Below are positions 1 to 8,033 of a stretch of 38,549 nt of DNA, piece after piece. Below the pieces are notes generated by a model. That model saw only the letters and a program-made list of their open reading frames with translations. It had not been told where the DNA came from and made no database searches. Numbering within the stretch: the stretch's first letter is position 1; every line of letters begins with the position of its first letter. The DNA is from a bacterium UBP13_UBA5359 (GTDB taxonomy: Bacteria > UBP13 > UBA5359): contig DHPR01000030.1 of the NCBI GenBank assembly GCA_002410925.1, forward strand, positions 1-38,549, given 5' to 3'. The position numbers were made by a program, and so were the translations under genes.

Positions 1-3000
1 ATGCCTTATTGGGATTGCTGGTCAGGGCGGCGATGGCGCCGGGATTGTCTTCGTCCTTCTCGGTCAGATATTCGGCATACTGGGCGGCGTCTTTGGCATC
101 TATATCGGCTTTGAAGACGGTGACTTTGACCTTATCCCGGTAGACTTCGGTGCCTGTAGCGTTCTTCAGGGCCAGGTCCAGCATAGCCTCTCCGGTATCC
201 ACGCCTTCCACATAGAGATGCTGGGGCAGGGTTTCCGGGGTATAGCTCTTGGGCATGGTCACCTGGGTGGTCTTATTGCCGGCGGTCCAGACCTTTACCT
301 TGTTGCTGCCGTCGCCGGCGCTCAGAACCAACTGGCTGTCGCTGATACCGCTGGTGGGTAGTAATCCTAAGTCTATCTGGGCTAGGTCGTTCTCATTGGT
401 AACGCTGCTGTCTTCTTTATCCTCTTTCTTGTTGCCGTTGTCATCGTCGTTGTTGTAGCGGATATATTTGCCGGGAGCGTTCTCTTCCATGCTTTCTTCG
501 GTGCCGTCTATATCGCCGTCGTTGTCGGAATCGGCATCTATATCGCTCCTGACCACATAGACGGTCAGGTTATGGGTAGCCTCGCTGTCTTCAAGGGTAC
601 CGCTCAGGTTGGTATCGAAGCCGGCCTTGGCAATGAAGACTCTGTTGCCGCCTGTCAGGGTAAGTCCTACTTGATTCTCGCTGGTGCTGAAATCGCCGCT
701 ATCCGGGGCGGCGCTGGAGCCTGTCACTTTCCACAAGACGTATTCTCTGGCTTCTTCGCTGCTGCCGTAGTAGATATTGGCGCTGACTTTGACCTGGGCG
801 TCTCCGGCTGCGGTTTCGCCTACCAATACCTTGACGGCAGTGGGGTTGGTAGACCTCACACTGCTGTTGTTGCTGTCCGTTACGGTCAGGCCGGTAACTC
901 TGACTACGGTAAACTTGATGGAATCGTAGCAGATATCTCCGCCATCGGGATTTTGCAGGATCACTTCTATAGTGGCTTCTCCGGGGCCGGTGCCTTCTAC
1001 ATAAAGTGTAGTGGGGAAGGCCGGGGTGCCACCGATGGTATAGATAGCTCCGTTGGCTATACCGGTACCTTTGGTGGAAGTAGTCCACATCTTGATGCCG
1101 CCGTAGGTACGGATAACTACTTTGCAGCCGGTCAGGCCTAAGGGGATGACGTTCAGGTTGACGGGCACCAGGTTGTCTTCGTTATCTACGGTGCCGCTCT
1201 CGTTGACATCGGCATTGCCGTTGCTGTTGTTGTCGTCTCCGTTGTAACCCACGAAGCGGCCGGGGGCTTCCATCTCGGCTTGATCTTCGGCGTTGGTGGA
1301 GGAGGCATCTATCTGGTTGTCGTTATTGGAGTCGGTATCCACATCTATCTTGACTATATGCACGGTTATAGTGTTGGTAATCTCATTGCTCTGCAGCACG
1401 TTATCCAGGTTGACGTCTATGCCGGTGCTGATAATAAAGTCTCTGTTGCCGCTGCTGATGCTCAAGATGACGATAGGATCGCCGGTGCCGAAGTTGCCTT
1501 CAGTCTGGGCGGCGCCGCTGCCTTCTATCTTCCAGAGCACGTGCTCTCTGACGGCGAAGGTGTCTGTGGACAGGCTGGGCGAGATGCATATGGCGGCCTG
1601 GCCGGTATCGTCTTCGCTGACGTACATATCGGTGGCTTCGGGGTTGGTGGCTGATTGGAAGGTATAGTAATCGTAGATCTTGAGGTTGTTTATCTTTAAC
1701 ACGGTCATGGTGGCGGTATCTTTATATATCTCTCTGCCGCCGGCTGTTTTCAAGGTATATTCCAAGGTGGTCTCGCCGGGGTTCATGCCTTCCACGTACA
1801 GGGTGGCGGGGATGCTGTCGGTGCCGATGGTATAGACTTTGGGCAGGGTGAGCTTATTGGTGCTCTCGCCTCTGGCGGGGCTGGTCCAAATCTGAATGCC
1901 TACTCCGGCGTTCAGGGTCAGGGTGCAGTCCTGCAGGGGGGAGCCGGCTGGGCCATAGCCTAAACTTACGGGCACGAGGTCGTTCTCGCCGGACACGGTC
2001 GTTTCGCTACTATGGTTATCTGCCGTGCTGTTGCTGTTATCGTCGTCGTCGTTGACGGGCACTATCCGGCCGGGGCCGTATTCTTCTATGGGGTCGTCAT
2101 CGGCGGCTATGGCGGCATCGTTATTGGAATCGACGTCTGCATCTGCATAGGCTACGGTTAAGAAGATGGTATCGCTGCTGATGGTGCCGCCGCTGGGGCC
2201 TTTGAGGATAGCCTGCACTGTGGAGCTGCCCACTTGGGCACCTTCCACATAGATGCTCCTGTTGGTGGCGGTCAAGGGGGTCTCGTCGGTATCGATGGGG
2301 GTGCTCTTGCTCTGATCTTCCCACAGGGTTATGCCATAGCCGGGGATCAGGTGCAGGGTGCAGTTCTCCAGCCCAGTGGTGGGATCGAACTTTATATCTG
2401 CCTGCACCAAATCGTTTTCGCCGCTGACGGCGGTCTCGGTAACATCGTTATCGGCTATGCCGTTGCCGTTGTCGTCATCGTTGTTCAGGGGCACGAAACG
2501 GCCGGGGCTGTCTTCTTCGGTGAGGTCTTCGCCGGTGTTGACGGTGTCTATGGTGCCGTCGTTATTGGAATCGGTATCTATATCCGTAACCGGCACTTTG
2601 AGGTCGTTCTTTATACCCCAGGTGTGCATATGGTTCTTCTCGGCGTCGATGATGAGCTTATAGGGATTGCCACTGGGACTCAAGGCTCCCCACAGGCCGT
2701 GGCCGTTCCAGTCGTACTGGGCTTTGCCGCCTGTGCCGTTGGCTGTGGGCAATCCGCCGGTATCGGCTACGGTGGTGCCGTCTTTGTCTTTGACGATGAG
2801 GCGGACGCTGTCGGCGGTGAAGGGGCTGGGTTTCAACTGGTAACAGATGCTGTTTATCTCTCCGGGAAGAATGGTATCTTTGGTGCTGCTGTCTACCTCT
2901 GCACCGAAGACGGTCAGCTTTATTTTATCTTCATTGCAGTTGGAGCTGCTGATGCTTATTTCACTATTCCCCGGGCTGCTGTCGGCATAACGGCCTTCCA

Positions 3001-3325
3001 CCACGAAGTATTGGTCTCCATCTGCTGAAGTGGTGAAGTGATAGCTGGTGGGGGCTCTCTCTGCTTTGTCCCGGCCGAGCCAGCAATCTATATTGCCGCT
3101 GACGCTGACGTAGACGGTGCCGGCTCTGCCCAGGGGGCTGAGTTCGGCCACTCTGATGCGCTGCATATCATTCTCGTTGCTCAGGCCGCTCTCTTCCAGG
3201 TCGGGGATGCCGTTATTATTGCTGTCGTTGTTGTTGACGGGGACATAGCCGCTGGTTACGCTCTCTTCTTCACTCTCCCCGGGCACTCCGAGTATCTCTC
3301 CTTCTCCGACGATGTCTACATCTAT
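1..3325 (-). repeat. Intragenic tandem ~140-aa acidic modules, starting at about 3325 (divergent), 2585, 2145, 1349, 545 and 112 (truncated). Two ~115-aa spacer domains at about 1695-1352 and 900-550.
   Basis: DIDTDSNNDGTID (2585), DADVDSNNDAAI (2145), IDVDTDSNNDNQID (1349) and DIDADSDNDGDID (545). Each is followed by PG(R/K)xxxxNxDD(D/N)NxN, EN/ED-x-L and (L/I)YVEG. The spacers share LWK(I/V)xGSxAA..G(N/D)F...GNRxFI..G(I/F)DxN. Confidence 0.85.
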
Positions 3326-3874
3326 GGACCCTTCTTCACTCCACTGACAATCCCAATCTTTTAACGGGCCGGGACCGCCTTCGCCCAGGTAATAGAAATA
3401 CTTGCCTCGGGCTTTGATGGCATACCTCTTGTTCTCCTGATCGGGGGTCACCCACATCAGGCTGCCTAACTGGGAGTTCTCGGGACAGGCTCCTTCGAAG
3501 GTGAACATGCCCCAGCCGCCGAGTCCGCTGATGTTGCTCCAACTGCCGGGGCTGGTCTCCATCTCCCAGGCGTCGAGGCGATAGGCGTAGCCGTCTGAGC
3601 CGAAGACCCAGCCGTTACGGGGGCTGGTATATTGGGGATCGCTGCTCAGGGAGATGTTTACGTAGAACCGGTATGACCTGCCGTCGGCTTCTACGTAGGC
3701 GACTTTGTTCTCGCCTTTTTTGACGCCATCCACTACTGTGGCCGGAGTCAGGGGGTATTCCTTGAGCACCGGTGGCAGGCTGGCCTGGGCTGTTTGCCCG
3801 ATAGTTGAAATGAGAATGAATACCAGATAGATATATGCCTGTCTGAAAGTTTTGTCGGTAAATCTCTTCATCAT
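2..3874 (-). CDS. Giant secreted repeat protein (>1290 aa, C-terminus outside the window) with tandem acidic Ca-binding Ig-like modules (PAD middle-domain-like) and a FlgD-like Ig domain
   Basis: Manual translation from ATG 3874, which overlaps the upstream TAA (TAATG): MMKRFTDKTFRQAYIYLVFILISTIGQTAQA|SLPP..., a Sec signal peptide. I found no stop before the window edge, which explains its absence from the ORF track. The in-register + strand ORFs are antisense shadows. Repeated motif DxDSNND..ID...EE..PGR.V..N.DDDN.N...D...ENDL...LYVEG. Confidence 0.9.
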   Translation of the reverse strand, partial: MMKRFTDKTFRQAYIYLVFILISTIGQTAQASLPPVLKEYPLTPATVVDGVKKGENKVAYVEADGRSYRFYVNISLSSDPQYTSPRNGWVFGSDGYAYRLDAWEMETSPGSWSNISGLGGWGMFTFEGACPENSQLGSLMWVTPDQENKRYAIKARGKYFYYLGEGGPGPLKDWDCQWSEEGSIDVDIVGEGEILGVPGESEEESVTSGYVPVNNNDSNNNGIPDLEESGLSNENDMQRIRVAELSPLGRAGTVYVSVSGNIDCWLGRDKAERAPTSYHFTTSADGDQYFVVEGRYADSSPGNSEISISSSNCNEDKIKLTVFGAEVDSSTKDTILPGEINSICYQLKPSPFTADSVRLIVKDKDGTTVADTGGLPTANGTGGKAQYDWNGHGLWGALSPSGNPYKLIIDAEKNHMHTWGIKNDLKVPVTDIDTDSNNDGTIDTVNTGEDLTEEDSPGRFVPLNNDDDNGNGIADNDVTETAVSGENDLVQADIKFDPTTGLENCTLHLIPGYGITLWEDQSKSTPIDTDETPLTATNRSIYVEGAQVGSSTVQAILKGPSGGTISSDTIFLTVAYADADVDSNNDAAIAADDDPIEEYGPGRIVPVNDDDDNSNSTADNHSSETTVSGENDLVPVSLGYGPAGSPLQDCTLTLNAGVGIQIWTSPARGESTNKLTLPKVYTIGTDSIPATLYVEGMNPGETTLEYTLKTAGGREIYKDTATMTVLKINNLKIYDYYTFQSATNPEATDMYVSEDDTGQAAICISPSLSTDTFAVREHVLWKIEGSGAAQTEGNFGTGDPIVILSISSGNRDFIISTGIDVNLDNVLQSNEITNTITVHIVKIDVDTDSNNDNQIDASSTNAEDQAEMEAPGRFVGYNGDDNNSNGNADVNESGTVDNEDNLVPVNLNVIPLGLTGCKVVIRTYGGIKMWTTSTKGTGIANGAIYTIGGTPAFPTTLYVEGTGPGEATIEVILQNPDGGDICYDSIKFTVVRVTGLTVTDSNNSSVRSTNPTAVKVLVGETAAGDAQVKVSANIYYGSSEEAREYVLWKVTGSSAAPDSGDFSTSENQVGLTLTGGNRVFIAKAGFDTNLSGTLEDSEATHNLTVYVVRSDIDADSDNDGDIDGTEESMEENAPGKYIRYNNDDDNGNKKEDKEDSSVTNENDLAQIDLGLLPTSGISDSQLVLSAGDGSNKVKVWTAGNKTTQVTMPKSYTPETLPQHLYVEGVDTGEAMLDLALKNATGTEVYRDKVKVTVFKADIDAKDAAQYAEYLTEKDEDNPGAIAALTSNPNKA

Positions 3875-5514
3875 TATCTTGCTGCCTCTCCGGCTCCCTG
3901 GCCTGCTTTCTTTTGGGTCTCTTTCTCGTTCTCGGCGGCTGCTATCTTCTCTACCAACTCTTTGGCCCACTCGGATCGCTTGTCTGACGGGTAATTGCGG
4001 GCCAGGAGGGTGAACTGCTTTATGGCTCTGGGATTGTCTTCCATCAACTGGTAGAAGGTGCCGGCGAAAAAGAGGGCCTGCGGGGCCAGCTCGCTGCCGG
4101 GGTACTTCTGGACATAACGCTCCATCTCTCTGGCGCCTTCGTAATACTCTTTCATGCTAGCGCCGAGATAGAAGCCGATGTTATACTGGGCTTTCATGGC
4201 GTACTGGCTGTCGGGATATTTATCTGTTACCTGGCGCATCTCTCCCACTGCTTCGGAAAACCGTCCGACATTGAAGTAGCTCAGGCTGTTCCTGAAATGA
4301 AGATAATCGGCTTCGGGGTGGTCGGGACATTCCAGCAGTGCCTGGGCATAGTGCTTCTGGGCTTCTGCCTGCTGTTGCTTGGATTTACTGCGATTGAAGG
4401 CTGTATCGCCTAATCGACGGTACTCTGCGGCGATGCGGTATGACTGCTCTTTGATCAATTCTGCTAAAGCGCTCTTCAGCGGTTCTGCGCTGCTGCGCCA
4501 GGCCAGGCTCTGCAGCAGTTTGCGCCCTTCCTGCAGGCTTAACAGATCGCTGCCGGGATTGAGGGCATCTATCAGATTGCGACCGGCCTCTTTATACAGG
4601 GCAACGGCTTCATCTTTGTTGAAATCTTCTTTGCCGAGGGATTTCTCTACATATTGAGTTATCTTATTGAATAGAAGGAGATAATCGGGCTGCCAGTGCC
4701 CGTATTGGGCTATCTCATACAGGCATTTGGCGCTGTATAGGGATATGGCTGCGGGGTCGATATATTTGCCTTTGATATCCACTACGGTGGACAGCAGCCG
4801 GTAGGCTTCGCCGGGGTTGTTCCTGGCCAGTTCGATTCTGGCGAGGTAATATTCGGCTATCTCTCTGAACTCGCTCTGGGGATAGGCGGCTATGAGCTTT
4901 CTTGCTATGCTCTCTGCCTCCAGCATGATTCCGTACTCGAGCAGGGCATTGGCATGACGATAAAGAATAACGTCCATATCTTTGAAGGCGGGAAAGCGCT
5001 CTTCCATTATCTTATACTGCTCTATGGCTTCCCAGCGTCTCTTTCCGTTATCCATCTCCAACTGGGTCAACGACCATTCCTGGTGTACGATTTCATCAGT
5101 GATTATGCACAGGTAATATTGGGCATGGTAGGCTTCCTGCCGATGGTAGTTTCGGGTAACGTATTTTTTGAACTCTTCCATGGCTTTCTGCCTGACGGGA
5201 GATTCTTTGAAGATGGGTTTGTCCAATCCCAGATGGCGGTAATCCGTCAAATCCACTCCGGCATCGATGAGTATCTTTTCCAGGGCCAGATAGCCAGGAT
5301 CGATGACAGGGTTGAAGCCTGGTGTTTTAGGGGATGCTTTGACAATGGGTTCTTCTTCGGGTTTGGTGCTGCCGGCTACAAAAAAGGATGCCTGGGCGGA
5401 TGCGGAAATTATGACTGCCGTTATAACTGCAGCCATAACGCTTATTCTGATTGTTTGCCTGTATACTACGGCTAACTTCTTTCTATCTATAGGATGTGGG
5501 CATAACATCGGCAC
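3874..5514 (-). CDS. Secreted tetratricopeptide-repeat protein (BamD/YfiO/CpoB-like TPRs)
   Basis: Hydrophobic N-terminal signal ending SASAQA|S. Multiple TPR units ending YPQS, YPDS, YPGS, YPSD. Confidence 0.85.
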   Translation of the reverse strand: MPMLCPHPIDRKKLAVVYRQTIRISVMAAVITAVIISASAQASFFVAGSTKPEEEPIVKASPKTPGFNPVIDPGYLALEKILIDAGVDLTDYRHLGLDKPIFKESPVRQKAMEEFKKYVTRNYHRQEAYHAQYYLCIITDEIVHQEWSLTQLEMDNGKRRWEAIEQYKIMEERFPAFKDMDVILYRHANALLEYGIMLEAESIARKLIAAYPQSEFREIAEYYLARIELARNNPGEAYRLLSTVVDIKGKYIDPAAISLYSAKCLYEIAQYGHWQPDYLLLFNKITQYVEKSLGKEDFNKDEAVALYKEAGRNLIDALNPGSDLLSLQEGRKLLQSLAWRSSAEPLKSALAELIKEQSYRIAAEYRRLGDTAFNRSKSKQQQAEAQKHYAQALLECPDHPEADYLHFRNSLSYFNVGRFSEAVGEMRQVTDKYPDSQYAMKAQYNIGFYLGASMKEYYEGAREMERYVQKYPGSELAPQALFFAGTFYQLMEDNPRAIKQFTLLARNYPSDKRSEWAKELVEKIAAAENEKETQKKAGQGAGEAAR

Positions 5515-5564
5515 TTCTTCCTTTCGGCTTTACTGCTCGTTACTCGATTTGATTACTCTTCTGT

Positions 5565-5882
5565 TTACAGGATAATCTTTCTGGCCTCGATCAATATCTC
5601 TCCGTTCTCGTCCATAACGCCTATGCCGGTGCCGTTCACGGCCTGCCTGGCCAGCTTGATCTTCCATTCGTCATCGGGTACGGCTATATACCTCTTCTTG
5701 TTCACTATCCTGGCGAATTCTGCCGGGGCTTTGGTGGTAATGCCGTCGTCGGCTGTCTCTACGGCTATGGCTATTTCTCCGCATTGGATGTCCGGGCCTT
5801 TATGGCTCCAATGGGTGCTGTAGGTGGTATTGAACTTTCTGGCTAATCTCTGCGCTATGCGGTCATGATCATAAGTAGGCAT
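5565..5882 (-). CDS. Small hypothetical protein with a PD-(D/E)XK nuclease-like pattern, apparently degenerate
   Basis: Strong RBS (AAGGAGGA) before the ATG. Motifs GPDI...IAIAVET...YIAVP...GIGVMD. Confidence 0.7.
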   Translation of the reverse strand: MPTYDHDRIAQRLARKFNTTYSTHWSHKGPDIQCGEIAIAVETADDGITTKAPAEFARIVNKKRYIAVPDDEWKIKLARQAVNGTGIGVMDENGEILIEARKIIL

Positions 5883-5986
5883 AATTCCTCCTTTTTATAC
5901 CAGCCCGGGCAGAAAGACTGCTTCTTCTGCCGAGCAGTGGATGCTGTGATCGCCTCGTAATGTAAGCTTGCATGACATCGGTAATT

Positions 5987-7687
5987 TCAACCCTCTACAT
6001 ATACTGCTCGCAGAACTTCTTCCACAGTGGAGACTCCGGCTTTGATCTTCTCTATGCCGCTCTGCAGCAGGGTGATCATGCCTTCTTCGGCGGCTATCCT
6101 CCTGATGTTGGCGGAGCTCTCTTTGTTGACGATGGCTTCTCTGACTCTCTCTGACGGGGCTAACAGTTCATACACGCTGGTGCGCCCGAAATATCCTGTA
6201 TTCCGGCAGCCGGAGCAGCCCTGCCCTCTGTATATCCTGATGCCTTCTTCTATGCCTAACCGGTGTCTGGCTTCTACGTAGGCTTCATCTTCCCGGGGTA
6301 TCTCTGCCTTGCATCTGGGGCAGATCTTCCTGACTAATCTCTGGGCTATGACCAGGATGACTGAGGAGGAGATCAGAAAGGGTTCTATCCCCATATCCAG
6401 CAGCCTGGTGGCGGCTGATGAGGCGTCGTTGCAGTGCAGGGTGGAGAAGACCAGATGCCCGGTCAAAGCTGCCTGGATGGCCATACCGGCTGTCTCGCCG
6501 TCTCTTATCTCGCCTACCATGATGATGTCGGGATCCTGCCTGAGAATGGAGCGCAGACCTACGGCAAAGGTCATGCCTACTTTGTTGTTCACCTGGGTTT
6601 GGTTTATCCGCCTTATCTGGTACTCTATGGGGTCTTCTACGGTGATGATATTCTTCTGGATGGAGTTCAGCCGGTTCAGGGCGGCATACAGGGTTGTGCT
6701 CTTGCCGCTGCCGGTGGGACCTGTTACCAGGATCATACCGTGGGGCTTGGTGATCATGGATTCAAAGAGCTTCAGATGGTGGGAGCTTAACCCCAGTTGT
6801 TCCAGCCCCAGCAGGGCGGCGCTCTTGTTCAATATGCGCATGACTATCTTCTCGCCGTAGCAGGAGGGCATTGATGAGACTCGCACATCCAACTCCTGGG
6901 TCTCCATCCTGGCTTTGAACCTGCCTTCCTGGGGCAGACGCCTTTCTACGATGTTCATGCCGGACATAATCTTTATCCTGGAGATGATGGGGGAACTCAT
7001 CTGCTTGGGCACGGTCATGAAATCGTGCAGCACTCCGTCTATCCTGAAGCGGATGATGATCTCTTTCTCCATAGTTTCTATGTGGATGTCGCTGGTACGC
7101 TGATTAATGGCCTGCTCGATGATATTATTCACCAGGGTAACTACGGGGGCTTCCTCTCCCATTTGCTGTAAGCTGTTTATAAGGCTTATCTCTTGTTCTT
7201 TGTTAACCTCATCTTCATCTTCCACTTTATGAGCATCCAAAAGTTTGCCGCCGTAATACTGCACTATGGCTCTCTGGATATCCTCTTTACCGGCTATGAC
7301 GGGCATGATGTTCTGCAGCAGGGAGCGCTTGAGGTCGTCCACGATGTTGATATCGTTAGGATCGAGCATGGCTACCACCAGAGCGCCGTTTTGCATGCCC
7401 ACTGGAAAAACGCAGCACCTTCTGGCGGTCTCTACGGGTATCTTCTGGATGATATCGGGGTCTATGGGGATATCGGCTATGCGCAGGAAGGCTACGCCCA
7501 TCTGCCGGCCTTTGGCTTCTGTCATCTCATCCTGAGTGATAAAGCCCATCTCCACCAGGATGTCTTCCACGGGGCGCTTGCTCTTTTCGGCTACCTTGCG
7601 GCACTCGTTAAGGCTGCTTTGGTTGATTTTGCCGGTCTTAAGCAGGATATCCTCTATGCTCTCTCTGGATTGCCGGGCTATGGCCAT
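5987..7687 (-). CDS. gspE: Type II secretion / type IV pilus assembly ATPase (GspE/PilB family)
   Basis: SDIHIE, RFRIDG, Walker A GPTGSGKST, TVEDPIE, LRQDPDIIMVGEIRD, TGHLVFSTLH and a tetra-Cys Zn site (CPRC...GCSGC). Start moved to ATG 7687 after an AGAGGT RBS. Confidence 0.95.
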   Translation of the reverse strand: MAIARQSRESIEDILLKTGKINQSSLNECRKVAEKSKRPVEDILVEMGFITQDEMTEAKGRQMGVAFLRIADIPIDPDIIQKIPVETARRCCVFPVGMQNGALVVAMLDPNDINIVDDLKRSLLQNIMPVIAGKEDIQRAIVQYYGGKLLDAHKVEDEDEVNKEQEISLINSLQQMGEEAPVVTLVNNIIEQAINQRTSDIHIETMEKEIIIRFRIDGVLHDFMTVPKQMSSPIISRIKIMSGMNIVERRLPQEGRFKARMETQELDVRVSSMPSCYGEKIVMRILNKSAALLGLEQLGLSSHHLKLFESMITKPHGMILVTGPTGSGKSTTLYAALNRLNSIQKNIITVEDPIEYQIRRINQTQVNNKVGMTFAVGLRSILRQDPDIIMVGEIRDGETAGMAIQAALTGHLVFSTLHCNDASSAATRLLDMGIEPFLISSSVILVIAQRLVRKICPRCKAEIPREDEAYVEARHRLGIEEGIRIYRGQGCSGCRNTGYFGRTSVYELLAPSERVREAIVNKESSANIRRIAAEEGMITLLQSGIEKIKAGVSTVEEVLRAVYVEG

Positions 7688-7761
7688 CTCTACACCTCTT
7701 CCGCTATAGTAACTATAGATATCTGTAAGCACCGGGCAAGCGGAAAGCGGCTAAAATTGCG

Positions 7762-7790
7762 TGGACATATAACGTAATAGGGATTATAAT
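7762..7790 (+). promoter_or_regulatory. Sigma70-type promoter on the + strand, overlapping the gspE promoter
   Basis: TGGACA (7762-7767), 17 bp, TATAAT (7785-7790). The -10 shares the ATTATAAT palindrome with the minus-strand promoter. Confidence 0.6.
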
Positions 7791-7811
7791 AAAGGCGAGT
7801 TCTAAAGTAAA
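7783..7811 (-). promoter_or_regulatory. Sigma70-type promoter for the gspE cluster
   Basis: TTTACT-17 bp-TATAAT on the minus strand. Confidence 0.55.
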
Positions 7812-7883
7812 ATCTCATAGCGGTGGGTATTTCTTTTTGAACTCTTGCCGGAGAGCTTTTGCTCTCCGGCGCTCTTATTTTTT
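7797..7883 (+). ncRNA. Candidate small RNA, ~87 nt, two hairpins
   Basis: Begins 7 nt after TATAAT. The 5' hairpin is closed by GAGTTC (7797-7802) / GAACTC (7839-7844). A perfect GC-rich hairpin and a T-run follow. Confidence 0.4.
7847..7883 (+). terminator. Intrinsic terminator-like hairpin
   Basis: GCCGGAGAGC-TTTT-GCTCTCCGGC (perfect 10-bp stem) followed by GCTCTTATTTTTT. Confidence 0.55.
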
Positions 7884-8033
7884 ACCCTTATGCCCTTGCC
7901 TGCCTTACCGGCTGACCAGCGCTGTATTACTAGCTAAGCTCTTATTCGCTGATACCTTCTACAATTCCTGCATAAAAAAGCCTGATCAGAGCAAACAGTC
8001 CCTTTTTGGCATGAACGGCCACAAAAATTCACT

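Noticed and set aside
1-3325. Recurrent GTCGTTATTGGA / GTCGTCGTTG-like DNA words as a CRISPR array or DGR repeats
   Set aside because: They are degenerate, hundreds of bp apart and encode Asp/Asn-rich protein motifs. No cas or reverse transcriptase genes are present.
572-3364. + strand ORFs 572-1141, 1280-1654, 2234-3028 and 3038-3364
   Set aside because: In-register antisense shadows of the giant minus-strand gene, with no motifs.
5903-5935. Imperfect hairpin between gspE and the small ORF
   Set aside because: Weak stem and no U-tract on the coding strand, so it cannot be supported as a terminator.
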